Source: Candidatus Nanoarchaeia archaeon (GTDB taxonomy: Archaea > Nanobdellota > Nanobdellia > Tiddalikarchaeales > Tiddalikarchaeaceae). From it: a stretch of DNA of 64,000 bases. The translations under genes were made by a program, and so were the position numbers. The notes beneath the pieces are model-generated. The model was not told the origin of the DNA. It was given only the letters and a program-made list of their open reading frames with translations, and searched no databases. Position 1 is the stretch's first letter. Each line of letters opens with the position of its first letter. The stretch spans positions 5,307 through 69,306 of the forward strand of contig JBAZFK010000004.1 in the NCBI GenBank assembly GCA_041653395.1, read 5' to 3'. This document shows positions 25,776 through 33,794 of the stretch, one piece after another.

Positions 25776-27893
25776 ATGAAAAAAATTAGTTTAGCCCTAA
25801 TCTTATTATTAGGCTTGGCTGCAGGATTTAGTGCGCCAAATTACATTGCAAGCGTTAATGTGCTTGATTCAGTTCTAACTGCTCAAGACTCATTGACTCT
25901 TTACGGCTTCATAGATTATGAAGCAGGACAAGGAAACCCCTATGAGGTTTCAAAATTAAAATTAGTGTATTTTAAAACAGGAACAACATCAGGTGTTACT
26001 GAACTAAGTGGAGTTCAATACATAAGCCATTTCAGCAATCCTGAAAATTTGCTTTTAGATGGAGCTTATGCTGTTAGCATTTCTATTCCATCATTAAGCG
26101 ATGGGGAATACACTGTTAAATTGTTATTAAATGATGAAACTTTTGCAAAAGCCTATTTCACTTATGATTCAAGCATTTCAAGAGATTCAAAAATTGAACT
26201 AACAGATATGGATGATTATGCAGGTTCATTAAGCATTGAATACAAGATTAACAATAACAATCAAACAAACAATATTACTTATGCAGTTGACTTTTTTAGC
26301 CCTAAAATGAGCGGAGCAGGAGGCTCAGTGTTTAGCGATTCATTAATGGTTGCTAATATGACTTCTGGAGCCAAAGCAGTGAGCTTTACAAGCCCATTCG
26401 GACAAGGAGCTAATATCTTAATAATGAAAGTAAGCTCAACTGACCAAGCAGTTCAAAGGCTGCCTTTAAGCATCTTAAGAATAGTTAATGCTGGAGAATC
26501 AGTCTCACTTGAAAGAGCTGGAAAATTAACAATGGCTAATTGCTATGCCAAAGAGAATGATGAAAGCGAATGCGAATTCAGTGTATTAAACAACGGCTCA
26601 TACCCTACAACTTACTCATTTGAAGTTGTTAGCAGCTTAACAAATAGTGTTAGCTCTACAGGTTTAATCAATCCTGGAGAAACATCTACAGGCAAAGTAA
26701 CAGTTAGCGCCAAATTAGCTGATATTGGAACACAAAGTTTGACACTTAAATTAAAGCATTCAGATTCAGTTCTTGATTCAAAGCAAATAACAGTAAGCGT
26801 TTCAGCCCGCGATTTGGTGAACAAAGTTGACTTGAGAATAAATGGACTAAACAGATATATTTTACAAGGAGACAGCTTAACTGTTAGCTTTACTATTAAT
26901 AATACTGGAGACTTTGATGAAAATTTAAGAGTTGTTTATTCAGTAAATGGAGAAGAAGACACATTTGTTGGAGGATTATTCACTCTAAAGAAAGGGCAAA
27001 TAGCTTCAAGAACAATTGACTTAAGCGGACAAATATCAGAATTAAGCGGAAATGTTGGCTTTGAAATAAGCTTATACAATGAAGAAATGCAAAAAGTAGG
27101 CTCAATAGCTAGTGGATTAGTAATAAGCGAGCTGGAATATGCACCTTTGGCTTCATGGAATAAAGGAGTTGTAAGAATAGAAGCAGGAAACCATTCAGAG
27201 AATCAGTTAACTGTAAGAAACAACGGAAACACAGAAGACACATATATTGTTAGTGTTGTAAGCAATTTTGCATCATTAACAAAAACTGTATCACTGCAGC
27301 CAGGAGAATCTGAAAATATAAACGTTCCAGTGGTTTCAGAAGCTGATTCAAAAGGAACCTACCAGATAAGCGCAACAGCTTGCTCAAGTTTCAGCACTGA
27401 ATGCAGCAGCGTGAACTATACATTAATAGTTTACGAATTGCCAACTTATGGTGATGCAACAGTAGAAGCTTTGAACACTTCATTAAGCCTTGAAAAAGGC
27501 CAGGCAGCAATCTTTGAAATACTAGTATCAAACAATAATGGTGATGCAAGAGAATACACAATCATTGTGCCAGGATTCAATGGTGAAGTAAGGGTTAGCC
27601 CAGAAAGCAAATACATATTAAGCGGAAAGAGCGAGAAATTCTTAGTATACTTGCTTGCAAATGAAACAAAAACCCAAACTGTTGAATGCCAAGTGCTTGA
27701 ATCAAATGTTATAATAAACACTGAGAACTTAACATTAAGTTACGGATCAAGCTTTTTAACAGGCTTTGTTTCAATAGGCAGCGCTTCAAACATAATTGTT
27801 TCAATAATGGGACTTGGATTGCTCAGCGCTTTAATAGTGTTTGGAATAAGAGCATTTAACCAATCAAAAACAGAGTTAAAATACTGGAAATGA
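25776..27893 (+). CDS. Secreted, C-terminally anchored surface protein with tandem Ig-like (CARDB/NEW3-like) domains
   Basis: Signal peptide MKKISLALILLLGL; repeated V.NNG/NTG..D.Y and L.PGE motifs; LTGF then a C-terminal TM helix. Confidence 0.8.
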   Translation: MKKISLALILLLGLAAGFSAPNYIASVNVLDSVLTAQDSLTLYGFIDYEAGQGNPYEVSKLKLVYFKTGTTSGVTELSGVQYISHFSNPENLLLDGAYAVSISIPSLSDGEYTVKLLLNDETFAKAYFTYDSSISRDSKIELTDMDDYAGSLSIEYKINNNNQTNNITYAVDFFSPKMSGAGGSVFSDSLMVANMTSGAKAVSFTSPFGQGANILIMKVSSTDQAVQRLPLSILRIVNAGESVSLERAGKLTMANCYAKENDESECEFSVLNNGSYPTTYSFEVVSSLTNSVSSTGLINPGETSTGKVTVSAKLADIGTQSLTLKLKHSDSVLDSKQITVSVSARDLVNKVDLRINGLNRYILQGDSLTVSFTINNTGDFDENLRVVYSVNGEEDTFVGGLFTLKKGQIASRTIDLSGQISELSGNVGFEISLYNEEMQKVGSIASGLVISELEYAPLASWNKGVVRIEAGNHSENQLTVRNNGNTEDTYIVSVVSNFASLTKTVSLQPGESENINVPVVSEADSKGTYQISATACSSFSTECSSVNYTLIVYELPTYGDATVEALNTSLSLEKGQAAIFEILVSNNNGDAREYTIIVPGFNGEVRVSPESKYILSGKSEKFLVYLLANETKTQTVECQVLESNVIINTENLTLSYGSSFLTGFVSIGSASNIIVSIMGLGLLSALIVFGIRAFNQSKTELKYWK

Positions 27894-29518
27894 AAAAACA
27901 ATTATTTGCCCTACTTTTTTTGTTTTTTTTAGGGACCAGCTTCGGGGAACAGCATTGCATGCAGGATAGTTTCAACTCATCAATAATCATAACAAATGAT
28001 TATTTAGGAGTTGAATACTACAAAGTATCATATGCTGTTAGCCCAGGAGCAATATTATCCTTTAGTGAACCGCTAGGGGATGGATTTTTTTTAATGCCCG
28101 GCGAGCAAAAACTAATTAATTATAATATTTCATTGCCATTCAAAGGCAACTATTCATTATCCTTCACTATAGCTGATTCAAAAGCCAAGACTGAGATTAA
28201 AGCATTCAATTACGAAGTCTTTGACTGCCACAATGTTGATATTAAAATAATAAGCGAAAGCAACAATTATTGCTTAAGACAAATAATGCCTTACAAAGTA
28301 GCTGTAAACAATACCGGCAAATACGAAGAAAACCTAACATTAATGGTGAATAATGACCTTTTTAATTTCACACTTAGTCCAGGAGAATTAAAAGAATACA
28401 ACCTTGATTACTATTCAATGAGCCAGGAAGATAATCAAATAATGGTTACTGCAATAAATGAGTATTTAACAAAAACAGTCTATAAATCATTTATGTTAAG
28501 GAACTGCGACACAACAGCAGTTGTGCTAGAAAACTTAAAAGCATGCCCAGGACAGTCAGTGAACTCAAATATTACAATAAAAAACTTAGGCTTCAGCCAA
28601 GATGCTTACCAAATAATTAATTCAACAACTAATATATTAATAACTCCTCAAGTATTGACTCTTGAATCAAAAGAGCAGGCAATAATACCATTTACTTTAG
28701 TGCTTGGATGTGATGAAATAGGACTTAAAACAGGAGAGATAACTATCCAATCCCTTAATTCAGGATTAATAACCGCACAAATAACCTATGAAGCATTGAA
28801 CTGCTTTGACTTTAAAATAGAGGACAAAAACGTTTTTTTGGACTATTGTGAAAATGACAATAAGACTGTAAATTTTAATGTGGCAAATGCCGGATTAATA
28901 GCTGATTCATACAACGGATTATTAATCTATGGAAACAATCAGATTAATTTAGAGTTTTATTTAGAGCCAAAAGAATCAATAAATATTAATCTCAGCGAGT
29001 ATTTCAACTATACTAAGGATGCTAAAGCCGAACTAATAATCAAAAGCAACAATTACTGCGAAAGAACGAAAACAATAACACATAACTTCACTGTTCAAAA
29101 TTTCAGCAAATGCTACAGCGGAAACTTAGAAGTCCAAGATTATTTCATAGGATATTCAAGGCTGAAGGTTACAAACAACGGCTCAAGACAAAATGATTAT
29201 ACATTAACAGTTTTTAACTATTCACAAATAAGCAACATGAGCTTTTTATTAAACCCTGGGCAATCAAAAGAGTACCAGCTGAACAATTTAGGCAGCATTA
29301 TGAATGATTATGGCATCAGCGTTTTTTCAGTCAATCTTTTAGCAAACGGTGTTGACACCACAAGCCAAACAAAGTATTCTAACAGTATTACTGGGATGAT
29401 AGTCTTATCAGTTAAAGAATACTATTCTTATGCAGGCCTCATACTTTTAGCAATACTGGCATCTTTGTTTGTTAAGAACAATGTTTTAAAACAAAGAAAA
29501 TCTAATACTAAATTATGA
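27890..29518 (+). CDS. Secreted, C-terminally anchored Cys-containing surface protein with Ig-like repeats
   Basis: Signal peptide; VNNTG, IKNLG..D.Y, VANAG..DSY and L.PGE repeats; many NxS/T sequons; ITGM then a C-terminal TM helix. Confidence 0.8.
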   Translation: MKKQLFALLFLFFLGTSFGEQHCMQDSFNSSIIITNDYLGVEYYKVSYAVSPGAILSFSEPLGDGFFLMPGEQKLINYNISLPFKGNYSLSFTIADSKAKTEIKAFNYEVFDCHNVDIKIISESNNYCLRQIMPYKVAVNNTGKYEENLTLMVNNDLFNFTLSPGELKEYNLDYYSMSQEDNQIMVTAINEYLTKTVYKSFMLRNCDTTAVVLENLKACPGQSVNSNITIKNLGFSQDAYQIINSTTNILITPQVLTLESKEQAIIPFTLVLGCDEIGLKTGEITIQSLNSGLITAQITYEALNCFDFKIEDKNVFLDYCENDNKTVNFNVANAGLIADSYNGLLIYGNNQINLEFYLEPKESININLSEYFNYTKDAKAELIIKSNNYCERTKTITHNFTVQNFSKCYSGNLEVQDYFIGYSRLKVTNNGSRQNDYTLTVFNYSQISNMSFLLNPGQSKEYQLNNLGSIMNDYGISVFSVNLLANGVDTTSQTKYSNSITGMIVLSVKEYYSYAGLILLAILASLFVKNNVLKQRKSNTKL

Positions 29519-29586
29519 ACACAGAGCTAATTAATGATTTAGAACTACATGCAAAGCCTGTATTTTTCAAATGGAAAAATAGAGAA

Positions 29587-30171
29587 TTAATAAGAATATA
29601 ACTGGGCAGGCCTGTGCTTTACCTTAGATTGTTTCTTACTACTCTTCCTGATAAGATTAGAACTAATTATTTTCTTCCTGAAATTCCTGTTATCATATTT
29701 TTCATCTTCAATTATTTCATAAATTTCCTGCAGCTTGTTCAGCGGGAACTCTTTAGGCATGTAGGATTTTACAAAATAATCGCTATTTTCCTTCAAATAC
29801 TTCCTTGCACTTTCAAGTATTTTTTTATGGTCAAAAGCCAATTCTTTCAATTTTGATACTTCAAACAAATTATCTGAATCTTTGAGATTAATCAAACCAA
29901 CATATGCTATTGAAATCACCCTTTCCCTTGGGTCCCTTTCAAATTTAGTAAATGTGTGGAACTGCTTCAAATAAAAATTCTTGCCAAATATGCTGTTAAT
30001 CTTAATATTAAGCCTGTTCCTTGCGGTTTCCAATTGTCTAAGAAGGCTTCCTGGAAGCTCAAGCATTCCCTTATATGGCTCCTTTTCTCTAACAGCGAGA
30101 AAAACAAAAAGCCTGCCATTTTTGATTGTGAATATTACAGGATCAACGCCTATTCTGGAAAACTCGTACAT
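29587..30171 (-). CDS. nrtR: NrtR-family Nudix-related transcriptional regulator (degenerate Nudix plus winged HTH)
   Basis: VDPVIF, ELPG, RDPRERVISIAY, LAFDH, DNRNFRKKI, HRPAQLY; Nudix box degenerate; the ATG at 30171 fits TATA spacing better than 30192. Confidence 0.88.
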   Translation of the reverse strand: MYEFSRIGVDPVIFTIKNGRLFVFLAVREKEPYKGMLELPGSLLRQLETARNRLNIKINSIFGKNFYLKQFHTFTKFERDPRERVISIAYVGLINLKDSDNLFEVSKLKELAFDHKKILESARKYLKENSDYFVKSYMPKEFPLNKLQEIYEIIEDEKYDNRNFRKKIISSNLIRKSSKKQSKVKHRPAQLYSY

Positions 30172-30203
30172 AAAGTGATTAAAAACGATCATGATTTAAA
30201 TAA

Positions 30204-30277
30204 ATTGCGTAAATATTACGCTAACAAAAAGATTTATAAACACGAAAATATCTTACTTAACGTAAGTAATACGCTAA
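30204..30277. promoter_or_regulatory. Two NrtR-type operators (CGT-N7-ACG) flanking the TATA box of the HD gene
   Basis: ATTGCGTAAATATTACGCTAA (30204-30224) and TTAACGTAAGTAATACGCTAA (30257-30277); TTTATAAA at 30233-30240; SD GAGGTGAT at 30281. Confidence 0.75.
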
Positions 30278-30291
30278 AATGAGGTGATAAA

Positions 30292-31293
30292 ATGAACGGA
30301 ATAACTGAAAAACTTGAAGAGATGCTGCCAATAATAGGTGCTAGAATAGCAAAAAATAACAAGTACTTAAGTGAAGAAGAAAAGAAAGAATTCTTAGAAA
30401 ACCTTGACTCTCCTGAACAGCATAGCCCTAAATGGCATGAGTGGGGTATAATAACGCACACGAAAAAATTCAGGGAAATGTACGACAATGAAGTACAAAA
30501 ATACCTTAAAGACTGGGACGTAAAAAACTACACTGATAAGTGGTTGAATGAAGAAATAGACGGAAAGAAAAAGAGCGAATTGTTAAGAATCTCAATACCA
30601 CTTCATGACTTGGGAAAATTCAACAAACAAGTAATATACAAAGATGGTAAGAAAAGCTACGAGTTTGAAGGCCATGAAAAAGAGTCTGAAAGAATAATAA
30701 AAGAAGATTTCGTTAAAGAAGAACTGCAAAAACTAGGATTAACAGAAAATCAAATAAAATATGTAGCAGAATGCGCAGGAAACCATTATGCTCTTGGAAT
30801 AATAAGAAAAAAAGCAAAAGAAACATCATTAGAATACACAATAGAGTTTGCAAAAAGCGAAGAGTTCAAGGAAATAGCTGAAAGAAGCATTGAAAAGGAC
30901 TTAGAATACAAAGACCAAGACATAAAATACAGAGTAGGCTACGCAAGTAATCCAGTAGAAGCAGCAATAAAATATTCAAAGGATGACAAGTTCAGAATTG
31001 AAAAAGGATTATTGTTCCTGGCAGATTCTCTGGCAAAAACAGAACTCAGAATGACTGCAGTATACAATGATGCTGATATTAAAGTTAAATCAAAACCAAT
31101 AGAAAAAATTATTGAAGAAAAAGGAATGAACAAAAGCTTGATAAATGCAGTAGAGCAAATGCCAGTAAACACTGCAGTAGCAAAATGGTACTTGAGAAAC
31201 TTAAGCAGGGCAGAAAATAAAAGAAGAGAAAGACTTGACAGAGAAAGAAGAGAATGGCATGAAGATGATGAGAAGAATGACGGGTGGGGCTAA
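30292..31293 (+). CDS. Stand-alone HD-domain phosphohydrolase resembling the HD domain of bacterial CCA-adding enzymes
   Basis: QHSPKWH..GIITHT, LHDLGK, FEGHEKES, GNH, LADSLAK. Confidence 0.8.
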   Translation: MNGITEKLEEMLPIIGARIAKNNKYLSEEEKKEFLENLDSPEQHSPKWHEWGIITHTKKFREMYDNEVQKYLKDWDVKNYTDKWLNEEIDGKKKSELLRISIPLHDLGKFNKQVIYKDGKKSYEFEGHEKESERIIKEDFVKEELQKLGLTENQIKYVAECAGNHYALGIIRKKAKETSLEYTIEFAKSEEFKEIAERSIEKDLEYKDQDIKYRVGYASNPVEAAIKYSKDDKFRIEKGLLFLADSLAKTELRMTAVYNDADIKVKSKPIEKIIEEKGMNKSLINAVEQMPVNTAVAKWYLRNLSRAENKRRERLDRERREWHEDDEKNDGWG

Positions 31294-31319
31294 AGGATGA
31301 AAATGCCGGCTCCAATAAA

Positions 31320-31357
31320 ACCTTTTTCCTTTTTTCCTTTTTATTATTTTCTTCTTC
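31320..31357 (+). terminator. Pyrimidine/oligo-T archaeal terminator after the HD gene
   Basis: CCTTTTTCCTTTTTTCCTTTTTATTATTTTCTTCTTC. Confidence 0.5.
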
Positions 31358-31443
31358 GCACTAATGAGAACTAATTAAATCACATCATAGATAATATCAA
31401 AAAAGCTAAATGTTTTAAAACAAAGAAAATCTAATACTAAATT

Positions 31444-31959
31444 ATGAACGCAGAGTTAATTAATGATTTAATAATAATCACTGATGAAAGAACAGCCAAT
31501 TCTTTGCACTCAAAAGGCTTTATTGGAACGCTTATCAAAGGAAAGCTTGAGCTTTCAGGCATAGAAGCGCTTTATTTATTGTCTAAAGAGAAAATAATCC
31601 TGCATAAATCAGGCAAAGAATTAAGCGAAAAAGATTTAATGAATTATTTTTCTAAAAAAGACAAAAGATTCATGATAAAATACAAGGTTTTCTCGGACTT
31701 AAGGAATAACGGCTTCATCGTAAAGACTGCTCTAAAATACGGCTTTGATTTCAGAGTCTATGACAAAGGCGTTGCACCAGGAGAGGATCACGCGATATGG
31801 CTGATTTATTGCATAAGCCAAAATGACTCATTAAAAATTGGTGACTACTCTAAGCTAATAAGGGTTTGCCACAGCGTGAAAAAAAAAATGCTTCTCGGAA
31901 TAGTTGACGATGAATCTGATGTGACTTACTGGGAATCTGCTTGGATTAAGATGAAATAA
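31444..31959 (+). CDS. endA: tRNA-intron (splicing) endonuclease, catalytic subunit
   Basis: LSGIEALYL, VFSDLRNNGFIVKTALKYGFDFRVY (Tyr), EDHA (His), HSVKKKML (Lys), VDDESDVTY. Confidence 0.95.
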   Translation: MNAELINDLIIITDERTANSLHSKGFIGTLIKGKLELSGIEALYLLSKEKIILHKSGKELSEKDLMNYFSKKDKRFMIKYKVFSDLRNNGFIVKTALKYGFDFRVYDKGVAPGEDHAIWLIYCISQNDSLKIGDYSKLIRVCHSVKKKMLLGIVDDESDVTYWESAWIKMK

Positions 31960-31961
31960 CT

Positions 31962-32702
31962 TCATTCAAGCCTGCTTCTCAACAAAGCTATCTCTTTTGA
32001 AATAACGAATCCTGAACTGCTAATATGTTCTTTAAAAAGCTCCTCTTCATTTCTTAAATCAATCTCAATAACTACAGGCTTATTTATAATCTTAATTACT
32101 TTAATAATTTCCTCAAACCTTTCAAAAACTGAGGAGTAGCAGTCATGGTTAAAGCATGGATTATAGCTGCTGTAATGAATCTCAGCAATACTTTTCTTTA
32201 TATCTGGGTGCAGGAATCTCATAAGTTCATTTCTTGCATGCTCAACATCAAGAGTTAAACCAATGCCTAAATCAAGGCATTTTTTTAGGCCTTTAAAGTA
32301 ATCCTTTTCAGTTTTTAATATATAAGTGTTTTCAATGGAAAAATTATATCCCTTCATTTGCTTTATAAGATACTCAATTGATTCAATATTTTCTTTATGA
32401 AATGTGACATTTATAACCCCTAAGCTGTCATAATCCTTTTTAATCTTTCCGAGAATATCATTGCTTTCAGTGCACTCTCTGTAAACAACACCTTTTGAGG
32501 CAGCATGCATAGAGATAATTTTTTTAGCTGAATAATTAATCAGCTCTTCAGACACTTTAAACTCCATGCACTCACTCTTTGACAGCAAAGAAATTTCAAG
32601 CCCATCAATAATGTGGCTTGGTTTTATAGCGCGCAATACTGCCCCATTAATATTATCATATTTATTATGATAGCATGCAGTGCTTAATAATATAGGGATC
32701 AT
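31962..32702 (-). CDS. Xylose-isomerase-like/AP endonuclease 2 TIM-barrel metalloprotein
   Basis: GLEI, SMHA, TFH, SIEN, LTLDVEHA, EIH, NHD, VVIE pattern. Confidence 0.7.
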   Translation of the reverse strand: MIPILLSTACYHNKYDNINGAVLRAIKPSHIIDGLEISLLSKSECMEFKVSEELINYSAKKIISMHAASKGVVYRECTESNDILGKIKKDYDSLGVINVTFHKENIESIEYLIKQMKGYNFSIENTYILKTEKDYFKGLKKCLDLGIGLTLDVEHARNELMRFLHPDIKKSIAEIHYSSYNPCFNHDCYSSVFERFEEIIKVIKIINKPVVIEIDLRNEEELFKEHISSSGFVISKEIALLRSRLE

Positions 32703-32727
32703 TGAGTTATTAGATAATTATTATATC

Positions 32728-33645
32728 TTATAAATCAATCGCATTAATTCCTTCAATCCTTAAGAATTTGGAAAACTCTTTGGAGTAACCGTGGTGCACA
32801 TAAACATTTTCTGCTTTGCTTTTTTTGACTGTTGAGAGCAATTCTTTGAAGTCAGCATGGTCGCTTAAAGTAAAACCTTCATCAGCTCCGAATCGTCTCT
32901 TATAATAAGGATTCAGATTCCATCCGCTGAAAACTGCGAACTTTAAGCCCCTTGTTTTTTTGAATTTATTAAAATATTCATCTTTTGAACTAAGCGAAGG
33001 AGAAAACAACAAGTCAGGATTAAGCTTGCAATTATTGCCATTGCATAAACCGAAATCATTCAAAGTTTTTTCATACTTGGCAATTTCAGGATGAAGGATG
33101 CTGGAATAATCATTGAAATAATGCATGATTTCCTGCATTTTTCCCAAAGGATAACCCATTAAGACAGTCAAATAATTCTTTTTAATATTATCTTCAATGA
33201 AATCATTGGCTCTTTTAACCTCTAATGAAGCTTTTGGAAAGATGAATTCAGGCTTTCCGAAAGTTGATTCAATAATTAAGCTGCTGCACTCTTTCACTTT
33301 TAATCCCTTCATAAAAGCCCTTGAATTAGTGGAAAAATCTCCAGTGAATAATGCTGACTCATCATCTTCATTAAGGAATAAAGATTTTGAGCCAATCATG
33401 TGCCCAGAATTCAGCAGAGAAATATTGCTTGGAACATCATTCAACCTACTATATTTAAATCCCCTTATTTTTGCCAATTCAAAAGTTTCATCACTAGTGA
33501 TTACTTTCTTATTAGTCTTAAACAAATGGTCCATGTGGCTATGGGATAAGAAGTTAAAATCAGAATCCTGAGCATTGCAATCAAGGGAGATGATGTAATC
33601 ATTAGTCTTTATCTTAAAAAAGCCTTTATGCTTAATTATCTGCAT
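32728..33645 (-). CDS. Metallo-beta-lactamase/beta-CASP nuclease
   Basis: SHSHMDH, SGHMIGS, TGDF, IESTFG, YPLGKMQE, LSDHAD, HHG. Confidence 0.88.
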   Translation of the reverse strand: MQIIKHKGFFKIKTNDYIISLDCNAQDSDFNFLSHSHMDHLFKTNKKVITSDETFELAKIRGFKYSRLNDVPSNISLLNSGHMIGSKSLFLNEDDESALFTGDFSTNSRAFMKGLKVKECSSLIIESTFGKPEFIFPKASLEVKRANDFIEDNIKKNYLTVLMGYPLGKMQEIMHYFNDYSSILHPEIAKYEKTLNDFGLCNGNNCKLNPDLLFSPSLSSKDEYFNKFKKTRGLKFAVFSGWNLNPYYKRRFGADEGFTLSDHADFKELLSTVKKSKAENVYVHHGYSKEFSKFLRIEGINAIDL

Positions 33646-33682
33646 CTTAAACTATATTAATCAGTGCTTTTTAATAATTACT

Positions 33683-33746
33683 GGATAAAATGATGAATAA
33701 CAGGCGGGCTGAGAGCATGATGAGTACTCGTTCTTTCTGATTATCC
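33683..33746 (+). ncRNA. Box C/D methylation-guide sRNA
   Basis: C box ATGATGA 33690-33696, D' CTGA 33709-33712, C' ATGATGA 33717-33723, D CTGA 33737-33740; 12- and 13-nt guides; terminal stem GGATAA/TTATCC. Confidence 0.9.
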
Positions 33747-33794
33747 TATTAATTTCAAAAACTTATTAAAAACCCGCCATTAAAAGAATAAATA

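Larger units (their letters stand above)
29480..31470. mobile_element. 1.9-kb cassette (NrtR + HD hydrolase) flanked by 62-bp direct repeats that duplicate the endA 5' region; no integrase
   Basis: AATGTTTTAAAACAAAGAAAATCTAATACTAAATTATGAAC(a/g)CAGAG(c/t)TAATTAATGATTTA at 29480-29541 and 31409-31470 (60/62 identical). Confidence 0.7.

Noticed and set aside
29515..29625. Short ORF MNTELINDLELHAKPVFFKWK... starting in the left repeat
   Set aside because: Only the first 9 codons match endA; it is a by-product of the duplication and runs antisense into nrtR.
33697..33736. C/D guides matching the conserved 16S segment CCGCCUGGGGAGUAC
   Set aside because: Only 6-7 nt complementarity each, and the N+5 position of the D guide falls outside the match; this organism's rRNA is not in the window.
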